Part shown: positions 22,123 to 33,037 of the stretch, piece after piece
Layout: each line of letters begins with the position of its first letter
Position numbering within the stretch: the stretch's first letter is position 1
Program-made: the position numbers and the translations under genes
The notes under the pieces: model-generated
Seen by the model: only the letters and a program-made list of their open reading frames with translations
Databases searched by the model: none
What the model was told of the DNA's origin: nothing
From: Hyalangium minutum
GTDB taxonomy: Bacteria > Myxococcota > Myxococcia > Myxococcales > Myxococcaceae
Assembly: GCF_000737315.1 (NCBI RefSeq)
Contig: NZ_JMCB01000004.1
Span: 20,001-268,000, forward strand
Reading direction: 5' to 3'
DNA: 248,000 nucleotides

Positions 22123-22968
22123 ATGCCCTCGGGGCTGCTAGCCTCCCTCCCCGTGGCTCCATTCGAAAGCGGACGCCGGTTGTGTCTGCTCGTCGAGGCG
22201 GGTGAGACGCGCTATGCCCTGGAGGCTACCTCGGTGATGGAGGTGGCCCTGCCGGGCAGTGATGGCACCAGCCTGCGAGGCATGCTCGAGGTGAAGGATC
22301 TGTCCGTGCTGCTCGGCGGCGCCCCCGAGAAGGGGCAGGGCATGGTGGTGGTGTTGGATGTGAGCCCCACGCTGGCGGTGCGGGTCCGCTCGGTGGTGGA
22401 GGTGGCGGACGTGGCGCACGCGCCGTTCTTCCTGCTGCCCGCGGGGCTGGGCGAGGCGCTCGTCCCGCTGAGCCGGGGCGCCGTCCTCCACAAGGGGCGG
22501 CTCTACCTGGAGCTCATCGCCGAGTCGCTGCCGCAGCGCGGCGTCCCCAAGCCCTCCGCAGGCACCCCCCGGCCCGTGCACCTCATGGAGAGTGCTCCGG
22601 AGCGGGCGCTCGTCTTCGAGTCCCAGGGCCGCCTGTTCGGTCTGCCGCTGAGCTTGGTGTCCCAGGTCGTCACTCAGGGTGAGGCCTTCAGCCGGTTACC
22701 CGTGCAGCGCGGGGCGGTGGCGGGGGTATTCCCCCATGCCCAGGTGCTGTGGCCTATCTTCTCGGTGCCGGCGATGCTGGGGGGGACGGCCGGGGTGGAG
22801 GCCTTCTTCGTGCTCACGGAGATGGCGGGCCAGAACGTGGGGCTGTGTGCCACCCGTGTCCTCGGCGTGCTCCCACGCTTCGAGCCCACCGACGTCCCTG
22901 GCGAGTTCCGTGCACCCGGATTGACCGGACCTGTGCTCTTCCTGGACCTGCAGCACATGTTTTCTTGA
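22123..22968 (+). CDS. Tandem CheW-like domain protein
   Basis: Two CheW-like repeats (YALEATSVMEV; FGLPLSLVSQV). Confidence 0.65.
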   Translation: MPSGLLASLPVAPFESGRRLCLLVEAGETRYALEATSVMEVALPGSDGTSLRGMLEVKDLSVLLGGAPEKGQGMVVVLDVSPTLAVRVRSVVEVADVAHAPFFLLPAGLGEALVPLSRGAVLHKGRLYLELIAESLPQRGVPKPSAGTPRPVHLMESAPERALVFESQGRLFGLPLSLVSQVVTQGEAFSRLPVQRGAVAGVFPHAQVLWPIFSVPAMLGGTAGVEAFFVLTEMAGQNVGLCATRVLGVLPRFEPTDVPGEFRAPGLTGPVLFLDLQHMFS

Positions 22969-23085
22969 TTGCCCCGGAGGGCAACCCCTAAGCTGCCCCG
23001 CGTGCAGCGAGCGTGGAATGTCTTCGCCTTCGCTCCCGTTTCTTCAATTAATTCTGGGGGTTGATGCCCCCGAGGCCCGACGCCG

Positions 23086-24354
23086 ATGCCGAAGAATCTG
23101 CTGGTCGCCGACGACTCGCTCACCATCCGCAAGGTCATTGGGATGATCTTTGCGACCGAGGACTTCCAGGTGACCGCAGTGGACAACGGGTTGGATGCGA
23201 TTGCCCGTTGCCGCGAGCTGCGCCCGGACGTGGTGCTCGCGGATGTGATGATGCCCGGCAAGAGCGGGTACGAGGTCTGCGAGGCCCTCAAGAGTGACCC
23301 GAACACCCAGCACATCCCCGTGGTGCTGCTGGCGGGTACCTTCGAGGCCTTCGACGAGAACCGCGCCCGTGCCTCCCGCGCGGACGACCACGTCACCAAG
23401 CCCTTCGAGAGCCAGGTGTTGCTCGACAAGGTGAAGGCCCTGGTGGGGCAGAAGTCGAACACCATGCCCGCCTCAGCCGCCACGCAGATCACTGCCCAGA
23501 CGGCGGCTCCTGCGGCTGCTCGTCCGGCCGGTCCTCCTCCTCCCGCCGCTGCCGCGGGGGCTCCGCGTCCTCCGGGGCCTGCGGGCGTGCCGCGTCCTCC
23601 GGGCCCGGGTATGCCGCCGGGTCCGGGTGCGCCTCCGGGCATGACGCGTCCTCCGGGGCCTGGGATGCCTCCTGCGCCGGGTGCGCGTCCTCCGGGGCCT
23701 GGAATGCCGCCGGGGCCTGCCGCGGGCGTGCCGCGTCCTCCGGGGCCGGGCATGCCGCCGGGGCCAGGTGCTCCTCCGGGTGCGCGTCCTCCGGGGCCGG
23801 GTGCGCCTCCGGGCATGGCGCGTCCTCCGGGGCCAGGGGTTCCTCCTGCGCCGGGTGCGCGTCCTCCAGGGCCTGGAATGCCTCCGGGGCCTGCTGCGGG
23901 CGTGCCGCGTCCGCCGGGTCCGGGCATGCCGCCGGGTCCGGGCATGGCGCGTCCTCCGGGGCCTGGGGTTCCTCCTGCGCCGGGTGGCGTTCCTCGTCCG
24001 CCGGGTGGCGCGGGGCTGCCATCTGCTCCTGCAGGTGCACAGCCGCGCAGGCCGGATCCATTCGGTCTTGGAGCTCCCGCGCCTCAGGCCGCGCCGCAGC
24101 CGCAGCCGCAGGTGGAGTCTCTCTCTCTCGATGACGCGCTGCCCGAGCCCCACGGTGCCCCAGTCAACGTGGGAGCGGGCCGTGCTGCGCCTCGGGCCGC
24201 GGATGGCGGTGAGGCCCAGTTGCGCGAGGCGCTCTCGAAGGCCTCCCGCGAGGTCATCGAGAAGATCGCCTGGGAGGTAGTACCCCAGCTCGCCGAGACC
24301 ATCATCCGCGAGGAGCTGGATCGGCTGATCAAGGACCGAGAGACGCAGCACTAG
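23086..24354 (+). CDS. romR: Polarity response regulator RomR
   Basis: N-terminal receiver, long Pro-rich linker, C-terminal EALSKASREVIEKIAWEVVPQLAETIIREE; upstream of valS. Confidence 0.9.
   Translation: MPKNLLVADDSLTIRKVIGMIFATEDFQVTAVDNGLDAIARCRELRPDVVLADVMMPGKSGYEVCEALKSDPNTQHIPVVLLAGTFEAFDENRARASRADDHVTKPFESQVLLDKVKALVGQKSNTMPASAATQITAQTAAPAAARPAGPPPPAAAAGAPRPPGPAGVPRPPGPGMPPGPGAPPGMTRPPGPGMPPAPGARPPGPGMPPGPAAGVPRPPGPGMPPGPGAPPGARPPGPGAPPGMARPPGPGVPPAPGARPPGPGMPPGPAAGVPRPPGPGMPPGPGMARPPGPGVPPAPGGVPRPPGGAGLPSAPAGAQPRRPDPFGLGAPAPQAAPQPQPQVESLSLDDALPEPHGAPVNVGAGRAAPRAADGGEAQLREALSKASREVIEKIAWEVVPQLAETIIREELDRLIKDRETQH
23560..24010 (+). repeat. Degenerate Pro/Gly-rich coding repeats in RomR linker (RPPGPGMPPGP)
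   Basis: Repeated CGTCCTCCGGGGCC units. Confidence 0.85.
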
Positions 24355-24404
24355 TTGCCGTAATCCGACCCTGATTGCCTGCCGGCCCACTGGGCCGGCC
24401 TCTT

Positions 24405-27400
24405 ATGACTGACACCATTGAACTGTCCAAGGCCTACGAGCCCACCGAGGTGGAGGCCCGCTGGTCGAAGTTCTGGCTGGAGCGGAAGTACTTCCACGCC
24501 GAGTCCACATCCGACAAGCCGCCGTTCTCCATCGTGCTGCCGCCGCCCAACGTGACGGGCAGCCTGCACCTGGGACACGCGCTCACGGCCACCATCGAAG
24601 ACACGCTCATCCGCTGGAAGCGCATGAGCGGCTACAACGCGCTCTGGATGCCGGGCACGGATCACGCCGGCATCGCCACGCAGATGGTGGTGGAGAAGGA
24701 GCTGAAGAAGACGGAGAAGAAGAGCCGTCACGATCTGGGCCGCCCGGAGTTCCTCAAGCGCGTCTGGCAGTGGAAGGACAAGTTCGGCAAGCGCATTGGC
24801 GAGCAGCACCAGTTCCTCGGCGCCTCGCTGGACTGGGAGCGCGAGCGCTTCACCATGGACGAGAAGTCCTCGGCCGCGGTGCGCGAAGTTTTTGTCCGGC
24901 TGCACGAAGAGGGGCTCATCTACCGGGCCCAGAAGCTCATCAACTGGTGTCCCTCGTGCCATACGGCGCTGAGCGACCTCGAAGTGGATCACGACGAGGG
25001 GAAGAAGGGCTCGCTGTGGCACATCCGCTACCCGGTGAAGGGGACGGATCGGGCGCTCACGGTGGCCACCACCCGCCCGGAGACGATGCTGGGCGACACC
25101 GCGGTGGCCATCCACCCGGATGACGAGCGCTACAAGGGGCTGGCGGGCGGCACGGTGGTGCTCCCGCTGATCAACCGTGAGATCCCCATCATCGCGGACG
25201 CCGAGCTGGTCAGCATGGAGTTCGGCACGGGCGTGGTGAAGGTGACGCCGGCGCACGACTTCAACGACTACCAGACGGGGCTCCGGCACAACCTGCCGAT
25301 GATCTCCATCTTCGATGACAACGCGCGCACCAACAAGGAAGCGGGGCCCTACGCGGGGATGGACCGCTACGAGGCGCGCAAGAAGGTCCTCGAGGACCTG
25401 ACGCTGCAGGGACTGCTGGAGAAGGAAGAGCCGCACACGCTCTCCGTGGGCCAGTGCCAGCGGTGCCAAACGGTGGTGGAGCCGCGGCTGTCCATGCAGT
25501 GGTGGGTGAAGATCGAGCCGCTGGCCAAGCCCGCCATTGAGGCGGTGGCGCAGGGCCGCACCAAGTTCGTCCCCGAGTCATGGACGAACACCTACTTCCA
25601 GTGGATGGAGAACATCCACGACTGGTGCATCAGCCGCCAGCTGTGGTGGGGCCACCAGATCCCCGCCTACTACTGCACGGCGTGCAGCCCGCGCGTGGGC
25701 GATGACACGGATCTGCCCGAGGGTGCGCCCACGGTGCGCGTGGGCGGCGTGGACTTCAACCGCGCCGAGCCGATTGTCTCGCGCCAGCAGCCCTCGCACT
25801 GCCCCAAGTGCAACGGCACGAACTTCACCCAGGATCCGGACGTGCTGGACACCTGGTTCAGCTCCGCGCTGTGGCCGTTCTCCACGCTGGGCTGGCCGGA
25901 GCAGACGCCCGAGCTGAAGACCTTCTACCCGACGTCCGTCATGGAGACGGGCCACGACATCATCTTCTTCTGGGTCGCCCGGATGATGATGATGGGCCTG
26001 CACTTCATGGGGGATGTGCCCTTCCGCACCGTGTACCTGCACGCGATGGTGCGCGACGAGAAGGGCGAGAAGATGTCGAAGACGAAGGGGAACGTCATTG
26101 ATCCCCTCGACATCATCCTCGGGTCTCAGGCGGAGAACCTCAACCCCACGCTGCGCAACAAGTTCCCCCAGGGCATGCCGGCGTTCGGCGCGGACGCGCT
26201 GCGCTTCACTCTCGCCTCGCTCACGCAGCAGGGGCGCGACATCAAGCTCTCCATGGATCGCGTGGCGGGCTACAAGGCGTTCTGCAACAAGCTGTGGAAC
26301 GCCAGCCGCTTCGTGCTGATGAACCTGGGCGGCTTCCGGCTCGACACGCGCCCCATCAAGGAGCGCCAGCTGACGCTGGCGGACCGGTGGATCCTCGCGC
26401 GGCTGCAGCGCGCCATCGTGGACACGCGCCTGGCGCTGGAGACGTACGCGTTCTCGGACGCGGCCTCCACGCTCTACCAGTTCCTCTGGTCCGAGTTCTG
26501 TGACTGGTACATCGAGTTGTCCAAGGGCTCGCTCTACGGCGACGACGAGAAGTCCAAGGACAGCACCCGCGCGGTGCTGGTGTTCTGCCTGGAGCGCATG
26601 CTTCGGCTGCTGCACCCGTTCATGCCGTTCATCACCGAGGAGATCTGGCAGAAGCTGCCGATCCCGCGGTCGGTGGACTCGATCATGATCTCGCCGTACC
26701 CGGAGCCGGACTCGCGGCTGGCGGACTTCGCGGCGGAGACGGAGATGGCGCCCGTGGTGGCGGCCATCGAGGGCATCCGCACCATTCGCGGCGAGAGTAA
26801 CTTGCCACCCTCGGCCAAGCTGGTGGCGCACGTGCAGAGCGCTGATGCGGCGCTGAGGGCCACGCTGGAGCGGTGCAGCAACTACCTGCTGCCGCTGGCG
26901 GGCCTGTCCGAGGTCCGCATCGAGGCTCCGGGCCGCAAGCCGGTGCAGGCCGCGGCGTACGTGGGCTCGGGGCTGGAGATCTACGTGCCGCTGGCCGGGC
27001 TCATCGACGTGGATGCGGAGCGAGACCGTTTGGGTAAGGAGCTGGCGCGGGCGGATCAGGAACTGGCGAGCGTGCTGCGCAAGCTAGAGAACCCGAACTT
27101 CGTCGCCAAGGCTCCGCCAGATGTCGTGGAGAAGGATCGGGCCCGCGTGGAAGAGCTGAAGGCCCGCAAGACAAAGCTGCAGGAGAACCTCGATCGGCTG
27201 GCCCCGGAGGCACCTATGTCCGAAGAGACCCCGCCTGAAGCAGCGGAGGAGAAGCTCCCTGATGCGCAGACGTCCCAGGTGAAGGTGGCGCCGCCAAGCG
27301 CCCCCACGGCGGATGCCGTGGACCTGAGCAAGGAGCTGAAGGGAGAGCTCGAGGCCAGCGGGGAGGTCGTGAACCCGCAGATCACCGACGCGCTGAACAA

Positions 27401-27863
27401 GCTCCGCGAGAGCACCAAGGAAGGCCTGTCCGCCAAGGACCACGAGGACCTGGGCGTGGCGTACATGAGCATGGGGCTCGTGGACGACGCCCAGCGTGAG
27501 TTCGACAAGGCCAAGCAGGGCGGGGAGGGCAGTGCTCAGCCCGCTTCAGCGCCTGCGAAGAAGGCCCCGGCCAAGAAGGCTCCGGCCAAGAAGGCTCCGG
27601 CCAAGAAGGCTCCGGCCAAGAAGGCTCCGGCCAAGAAGGCTCCGGCCAAGAAGGCTTCGGCGAAGAAGGCCGCTGCGGCGAAGAAGGCTCCTGCCAAGAA
27701 GGTCGCGGCGAAGAAGGCTCCGGCCAAGAAGGCGGCTGCCAAGAAGGCTGGGACGCGGAAGGCTCCGGCGAAGAAGGTCGCGGCGAAGAAGGCGCCTGCC
27801 AAGAAGGCTGCGGCGAAGAAGGCACCCGCGAAGAAGTCCACGGCCAAGAAGGCCCGGCGGTAA
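24405..27863 (+). CDS. valS: Valyl-tRNA synthetase with extra C-terminal TPR-like helix and histone-H1-like tail
   Basis: [13 protein letters not shown] (HIGH), KMSKT, C-terminal coiled coil, then ~190-aa extension. Confidence 0.96.
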   Translation: MTDTIELSKAYEPTEVEARWSKFWLERKYFHAESTSDKPPFSIVLPPPNVTGSLHLGHALTATIEDTLIRWKRMSGYNALWMPGTDHAGIATQMVVEKELKKTEKKSRHDLGRPEFLKRVWQWKDKFGKRIGEQHQFLGASLDWERERFTMDEKSSAAVREVFVRLHEEGLIYRAQKLINWCPSCHTALSDLEVDHDEGKKGSLWHIRYPVKGTDRALTVATTRPETMLGDTAVAIHPDDERYKGLAGGTVVLPLINREIPIIADAELVSMEFGTGVVKVTPAHDFNDYQTGLRHNLPMISIFDDNARTNKEAGPYAGMDRYEARKKVLEDLTLQGLLEKEEPHTLSVGQCQRCQTVVEPRLSMQWWVKIEPLAKPAIEAVAQGRTKFVPESWTNTYFQWMENIHDWCISRQLWWGHQIPAYYCTACSPRVGDDTDLPEGAPTVRVGGVDFNRAEPIVSRQQPSHCPKCNGTNFTQDPDVLDTWFSSALWPFSTLGWPEQTPELKTFYPTSVMETGHDIIFFWVARMMMMGLHFMGDVPFRTVYLHAMVRDEKGEKMSKTKGNVIDPLDIILGSQAENLNPTLRNKFPQGMPAFGADALRFTLASLTQQGRDIKLSMDRVAGYKAFCNKLWNASRFVLMNLGGFRLDTRPIKERQLTLADRWILARLQRAIVDTRLALETYAFSDAASTLYQFLWSEFCDWYIELSKGSLYGDDEKSKDSTRAVLVFCLERMLRLLHPFMPFITEEIWQKLPIPRSVDSIMISPYPEPDSRLADFAAETEMAPVVAAIEGIRTIRGESNLPPSAKLVAHVQSADAALRATLERCSNYLLPLAGLSEVRIEAPGRKPVQAAAYVGSGLEIYVPLAGLIDVDAERDRLGKELARADQELASVLRKLENPNFVAKAPPDVVEKDRARVEELKARKTKLQENLDRLAPEAPMSEETPPEAAEEKLPDAQTSQVKVAPPSAPTADAVDLSKELKGELEASGEVVNPQITDALNKLRESTKEGLSAKDHEDLGVAYMSMGLVDDAQREFDKAKQGGEGSAQPASAPAKKAPAKKAPAKKAPAKKAPAKKAPAKKAPAKKASAKKAAAAKKAPAKKVAAKKAPAKKAAAKKAGTRKAPAKKVAAKKAPAKKAAAKKAPAKKSTAKKARR
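27558..27860 (+). repeat. 15-bp tandem coding repeat (AAGAAGGCTCCGGCC; KKAPA)
   Basis: Several exact and degenerate copies at valS 3' end. Confidence 0.9.
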
Positions 27864-27874
27864 GGAGACCGATC

Positions 27875-28750
27875 TTGAAGGACTACCTCGACCGCCTCAT
27901 CGAGCTGGCCTTGGACGAGGACCTTGGGGCGGCGGGGGATGTGACCTCCAACGCCCTGGTTCCTCCGGACGCGATGGGCAGTGGCGAGCTGCTGGCGAAG
28001 GAGCAGCTCGTGCTCGCTGGGCTGGATGCGTTTGCCCGCGTGTTCTACTACGTGGACCCGGAGGTGAAGGTCGAGTTCCTCCGGCGGGACGGCGACGAGA
28101 TCAAGCCCAAGGTCGTGGCGGCGAAGGTCTCCGGTCGGCTGCGCTCGCTGCTGGCCGCCGAACGCACGGCGCTCAACATTGTCCAGCGCATGTCGGGCAT
28201 CGCCACGCTGGCGCAGCAGGCGATGACCGCAGTGCGGGGCTCGAAGCTCAAGGTGCTGGACACGCGCAAGACGCCGCCGGGGATGCGCGCCCTCTCGAAG
28301 GAGGCGGTCCGGCTGGGGGGGGCGACGAACCACCGCTTCGGTCTCTTCGATGGGGTGCTCATCAAGGACAACCACATCGCGGCGGTGGGGGGCTCCATCA
28401 AGGAGGCCCTGCGCCGGGCCCGGGCTTATGCGCCTCGGTTGGTGAAGATCGAGATCGAGGTCACCAACCTCAAGCAGTTGGCCGAGGCCATCGAAGAGGG
28501 CGCGGACGTGGTGATGCTCGACAACATGGATGACGAGCAGATCCGCAAGGCCGTGGAGCTCACGGCAGGGCGGGTGCCTCTGGAGGTCTCTGGAGGCGTC
28601 GCGCTGGATCGGCTGCCGAGGCTGGCCAAGCTGGGCGTGGACTTCGTGTCCATGGGCTCGTTAACGCACTCGGCACGGGCCATGGACTTGTCGCTGGAGA
28701 TCGCCACGACCAAGGGGGCAGCCCGCTCCCGCTCGCGCCGGAAGCACTGA
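27875..28750 (+). CDS. nadC: Nicotinate-nucleotide diphosphorylase (carboxylating)
   Basis: [30 protein letters not shown]. Confidence 0.96.
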   Translation: MKDYLDRLIELALDEDLGAAGDVTSNALVPPDAMGSGELLAKEQLVLAGLDAFARVFYYVDPEVKVEFLRRDGDEIKPKVVAAKVSGRLRSLLAAERTALNIVQRMSGIATLAQQAMTAVRGSKLKVLDTRKTPPGMRALSKEAVRLGGATNHRFGLFDGVLIKDNHIAAVGGSIKEALRRARAYAPRLVKIEIEVTNLKQLAEAIEEGADVVMLDNMDDEQIRKAVELTAGRVPLEVSGGVALDRLPRLAKLGVDFVSMGSLTHSARAMDLSLEIATTKGAARSRSRRKH

Positions 28751-28771
28751 CCACGAAAGGGAAGGGGAGTC

Positions 28772-30417
28772 TCAGTTGCTGGGGCCAGCCGGCCGGCCGT
28801 TCGTGAAGAACTCGGTCCGGGGATGGCCCTCGGCGGAGGCGGGCGCGCCCAACTCCAGCATCGCCGCCAGCGTGGGGGCCACGTCCGTTGCGTTGATCTC
28901 CTGCAGGTACGTCCCCGGCTTCACGCCCTTGCCCGCGAACACCACCGGCACCTGCTGATCGTAGTTGTACGGCGTGCCGTGGTTCGTACCGACCAGCACG
29001 TTGCTGATGACCTGGAACGCCTGCGGCACGATCAAGACGTCTCCGCTGCGTCCAGCGTAATAGCCTCGCCGCACCGGCGCGATCAGCCCCGCCACATCCG
29101 GCGCCGTGTAGAGATCATCCCGCGCCACCGCCGCCGCGATGCCCGGCTGCTTCGACAGCCACTCCGCCGCCGCCCTCCGCACCGCCGCTCCGTCTGCCTT
29201 CCCGTCCTCGAGCGCCTTGCCTAACAAGTACACGTCCGACTCTTCCTGGGTGACCGTCACCTCCACCTGCGGAAACCGCGCCTTGAGTGCCTGCGCGAGC
29301 CCTTGCGACAGCTCCTTCGTGTTCATCCGCCGCGCCGGCAGCCCCTCCGAGGCCCAGTGCTCTGGCACCGCCGCCCCTCCGTGGTCCGCCGTCAGCACGA
29401 TGACCAGGTTCGCCCGGCCCCCCGCAGCCTTCTCCGCCGCCGTCACCAGCTCCGCCACTGCGCGGTCCAGCCGGTACAGCGTGTCCTGCATCTCCCATGG
29501 TACGGCCCGTATGCATGGAACACGCGGTCCGTCCCGCTGAAGCTCACCGCCAGCAGGTCCGGCACCTCGTCCTTGCCCAGCCCCTCGCCCTCCAGGGCCG
29601 CCTTCGCTGCCTGCACCAGCAAGTCATTCGAGTACGCCGAGCTCGCCAGCGCCGCATACGACCGCGGCCCCGCCATCTGGCCCCCTCCATTCAGCGGGTG
29701 TGGGAAGCTGCGCCCCAGCCCCGATTCGTCCGTCTCGTAGGGGCGCTCGTCCTCCCCCAGGTACTCCGTCTTCGGCAGCAGCAGCGTCCACTGCTGCGAG
29801 AAGTACCCGTCCGCCAGCTCCTTCGCGTTGAACGCCTGCAGCCACGCCGGGAACTCCTTCGTGTACCAGGTCCCCGTTACGAATTTCCCCACCGTCTCAT
29901 CGAACCAGTAGGCCTGCCCCAGCCGCCCCGCCAGTGGGATCGCCGCCCGGCCCTTGCCCGACAGCGCCACCGCCTTCCCTCGCCCCCGTGAGCTCATTCG
30001 CAGCCGGTCCGCCAGTGTCTCCGCCATCAGGTTCAGCGGGCTCGTGTCGCCCCTCGTGGCGAAGGTCAGGGGCACCTCCAGCACCGGGTGCGCCTCGTCC
30101 TGGAACACGCTCAGCGGCTGCCCCGTGGTGCGATCCACCACCCGGTTGTCGACAATCCCGTGCCGCCACGGGTTCGCCCCCGTGGACAGCGTCGTGTGCC
30201 CCGCCGCCGTCCGAGGCTTGGCGTAGTCGTACCGGCCGTACGGGTAGAACGCCCCACCGTCGAGCAGTTGACGCAGCCCGCTCTTGAACTTTGGCCGTGT
30301 GCGCAACAGCAGGTCCGTGCCGAGTGCATCCACCGAGATGAAGAGGGCCAGCCTCGGAGGCTTCGCGAACACCGGGAAGCTGAGGAGAACCACGGCCAGG
30401 GCGAGAGGGCGCACCAT
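28772..30417 (-). pseudogene. Alkaline phosphatase/phosphodiesterase (PafA/PhoK-like), split by a -1 frameshift near 29495
   Basis: ISVDAL, TAAGHTTLSTG, SFSGTD..HAYGPY in one frame; MQDTLYRLD, TADHG, NHGTPYNYD in another; one base missing from the expected Y-S-W-E-M. Confidence 0.8.
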
Positions 30418-30515
30418 AGGGGGGCTCATCTTCGCCGCCAGATGGTCAGAAGCAACCAACTCGCCATGGCTTCGGCTTGGAGGGGCCCGATCCCCCTGTT
30501 ACCGTCGGCGCACGC

Positions 30516-30917
30516 ATGGTGGAAGCGCGGATCCGAGTCATCTACGGCGATACCGACCAGATGGGGGTCGTTTATCACGCCAACTACTTCCGCTACTTCG
30601 AGTTCTCCCGCATGGAGTTCTTCCGCGCTCGCGGCGGCAGCTACCAGGAGATGGAGCGCGAGGGCTACATGCTCCCCGTCGCCGAGGTCTCCTGCCAGTA
30701 CAAGGCCCCCGCACGCTACGACGATCTGCTCGTCATCCGTCCTCGTGTGACGGAGGTCCGCCGCGCCTCGCTCACTTTCCAGTACGAGATCTTTCGCGAC
30801 GGGAACCCCTCGACGTTGCTGTGCACCGGGCACACTCTCCATGCCTGCATCGGGCGCGACGGCAAGCCCCGGCGCTTCCCGGACACGTTCCTGCGTCTGC
30901 TCGAGCAGTCCCCCTGA
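30516..30917 (+). CDS. Acyl-CoA thioesterase (YbgC/FadM family)
   Basis: YGDTDQMGVVYHANY motif. Confidence 0.9.
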   Translation: MVEARIRVIYGDTDQMGVVYHANYFRYFEFSRMEFFRARGGSYQEMEREGYMLPVAEVSCQYKAPARYDDLLVIRPRVTEVRRASLTFQYEIFRDGNPSTLLCTGHTLHACIGRDGKPRRFPDTFLRLLEQSP

Positions 30918-30947
30918 AAGTTCCACCTTCTCTCAAGGAGTCCCCAC

Positions 30948-31916
30948 ATGGATCGCAACCTGGCAATGGAGGCCGTGCGCGTCACCGAGATGGCGGCCAT
31001 CGCCTCCGCCCGTCTCATGGGCCGCGGCAGCAAGAACGAGTCGGATCAGGCCGCCGTGGACGCCATGCGCCGCGCCTTCGACGCCCTCTTCATCGACGGC
31101 ACCGTCGTCATCGGCGAGGGCGAGCGCGATGAGGCCCCCATGCTCTACATCGGCGAGCGCGTCGGCCGGCGCACCGAGGGCGTCCCCGAGGTGGACATCG
31201 CCCTGGACCCGCTGGAGGGCACCAACCTCGCCGCCTATGGCCGCCCCGGCGCCATCTCCGTGGTCGCCATGGCCAGCAAGGGCAACCTCCTCAACGCCCC
31301 GGATACCTATATGGAGAAGATCGCGGTGGGCCCGCGCGCCAAGGGTGCCATCGATCTGCGCCGCACCCCCACCGAGAACCTCCGTGCCGTCGCGGAGCGG
31401 CAGAAGGTCTATGTGGAGGATCTCACCGTGGTCATCCTCGACCGCGAGCGGCACGTGGACCTCATCAAGGAGGTCCGCGCCGCGGGCGCCCGCATCCGCC
31501 TCATCGAGGACGGCGACGTGGCCGGCGCCATCTCCACCTGCTTCGAGGAGACCGGTGTGGACGTGCTGATGGGCATCGGCGGCGCCCCCGAAGGCGTCAT
31601 CGCCGCGGCGGCGGTGCGCTGCGTGGGCGGCGACATGCAGGGCCGCCTCGTGCCGCGCAACCAGGGCGAGATTGACCGCGCCAAGAAGATGGGCATCACC
31701 GACATCACCAAGATCTACGCCGCCGATGAGCTGGCCAGGGGCGAGGTGATGTTTGCCGCCACCGGCGTCACCTCGGGCGACTTCCTCAAGGGCGTGCGCT
31801 TCTTCGGCGGCGGCTGTGAGACGCACTCCGTCGTCATGCGCAGCAAGACGGGCACCGTTCGTTTCGTGCAATCCGTCCACAAGTTCGACAAGAAGCCGGG
31901 GTACTCTGCGTTCTAG
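30948..31916 (+). CDS. glpX: Class II fructose-1,6-bisphosphatase
   Basis: VIGEGERDEAPML, DPLEGT, GIGGAPEGV. Confidence 0.96.
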   Translation: MDRNLAMEAVRVTEMAAIASARLMGRGSKNESDQAAVDAMRRAFDALFIDGTVVIGEGERDEAPMLYIGERVGRRTEGVPEVDIALDPLEGTNLAAYGRPGAISVVAMASKGNLLNAPDTYMEKIAVGPRAKGAIDLRRTPTENLRAVAERQKVYVEDLTVVILDRERHVDLIKEVRAAGARIRLIEDGDVAGAISTCFEETGVDVLMGIGGAPEGVIAAAAVRCVGGDMQGRLVPRNQGEIDRAKKMGITDITKIYAADELARGEVMFAATGVTSGDFLKGVRFFGGGCETHSVVMRSKTGTVRFVQSVHKFDKKPGYSAF

Positions 31917-31952
31917 CTGCAGGCTTCCCCCTCACCCCGTCCGGAGAGTTCC

Positions 31953-32378
31953 ATGGCAGGCGCTACCCGCTCGATCATCATCAACGCCCCCATCGAGAAG
32001 GTGTTCGACGTCATCACCCAATACGAGAAGTACGGCGAGTTCCTCTCCGAGGTGAAGGAAGTGAAGACCTCGGGGCGCCAGGGCAATGAGGTCAACGTCC
32101 ACTACAAGGTCGATGTGGTGAAGACCATCAAGTACACCATCCGCGTCAAGGAGGAGCGCCCCACTCGCATGTCCTGGACCTTCGTGGACGGCGAGTTCAT
32201 GAAGGACAACAAGGGCAGCTGGGTGCTCGAGCCCGCGGGCGAAGGGAAGACCAAGGGCACCTACACCGTGGAGATGGCGCTCGGTGCCCTGGTCCCCAAG
32301 GCCGTCGTCAACGCCCTGGTCGACACCTCCCTCCCCAAGATGCTGGAGGCCTTCAAGCGCAGGGCGGAGACCCCCTGA
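31953..32378 (+). CDS. SRPBCC/polyketide cyclase-dehydrase family (COQ10/RatA-like)
   Basis: START-like fold pattern (APIEKVFDVI...GSWVLEP). Confidence 0.8.
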   Translation: MAGATRSIIINAPIEKVFDVITQYEKYGEFLSEVKEVKTSGRQGNEVNVHYKVDVVKTIKYTIRVKEERPTRMSWTFVDGEFMKDNKGSWVLEPAGEGKTKGTYTVEMALGALVPKAVVNALVDTSLPKMLEAFKRRAETP

Positions 32379-32394
32379 GCGCCTCCTCGGCCCT

Positions 32395-32588
32395 TCCTGT
32401 GCCCTGGATGTCATACCTGTACCCACCCTGGGCAAGAGGGCAGGCGAGCCTCGTCCAGGGGTTGCCACGTTGAATGGTCGAGGCTTCACCGCTGGTTGGA
32501 CGGCTTGCGGGTTGCCACGACTGCATTAGAATCAACGTACCCAGTGGCAGAAGGTCGAGCGCCAACCATGACATCCCTGACACAGGGG
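32395..32588. ncRNA. Candidate structured ncRNA (~190 nt, multibranch)
   Basis: Closing stem CCTGTG/CACAGG + GATGTCAT/ATGACATC; internal stems GGTTGG/CCAACC, TGCCAC/GTGGCA, AGCCTCG/CGAGGCT. Confidence 0.5.
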
Positions 32589-32747
32589 TGTGGCTTCGAT
32601 GTCGGTGCGGTGGACAGGCAACCGGGCCCGGTAGCAAGGTTGTACCCCCGCAGTGTTGGGGGACCTACCTTTGCATGCGAGAGCACCGGAGCCGGGGCGA
32701 GGTGGCGGGCGTACACCGGGGTATGTAGGCTGAGGGAGAGCAAACCC

Positions 32748-32921
32748 ATGCTGGACGCCTTCATCATCGAAGAGATCAAGCGCCGGGAGCGCAGCCGCGA
32801 GGAGCGCGAGCGCCCTGCCGTGGAGTTGCCGCTACCGGCTCCTCCGGATCGTCCGCGCCGTCGCACGGAGACGGACGACGAGGAGAAGCCGCCTCGCGGT
32901 GTCGTCGTCATTGACCTCTGA
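32748..32921 (+). CDS. Small protein (57 aa, MLDAFIIEEIKRRE...GVVVIDL)
   Basis: GGGAGAG RBS; charged helix and Pro linker. Confidence 0.7.
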   Translation: MLDAFIIEEIKRRERSREERERPAVELPLPAPPDRPRRRTETDDEEKPPRGVVVIDL

Positions 32922-33037
32922 AGCCGGCTCCTTCGGCTTCAGCGTGGCTCTGAGCCCGCGGCAGGTGTCCCCTCGGGGACTGCCTCCCGCGGGCTTCGTG
33001 CGTTCAGGGGCTGCGCTGGCTTCTCAGTCCTGGCCGC

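Noticed and set aside
27496-28533. Separate histone-like gene from the Arg-rich alternative frame
   Set aside because: It is the shifted reading of the KKAPA repeats and nadC; the valS frame is continuous
32395-32588. Calling the structured region 6S RNA
   Set aside because: Inner stems give a multibranch fold rather than the 6S rod with central bubble, and the usual zapA/ygfA context is absent; needs cmscan
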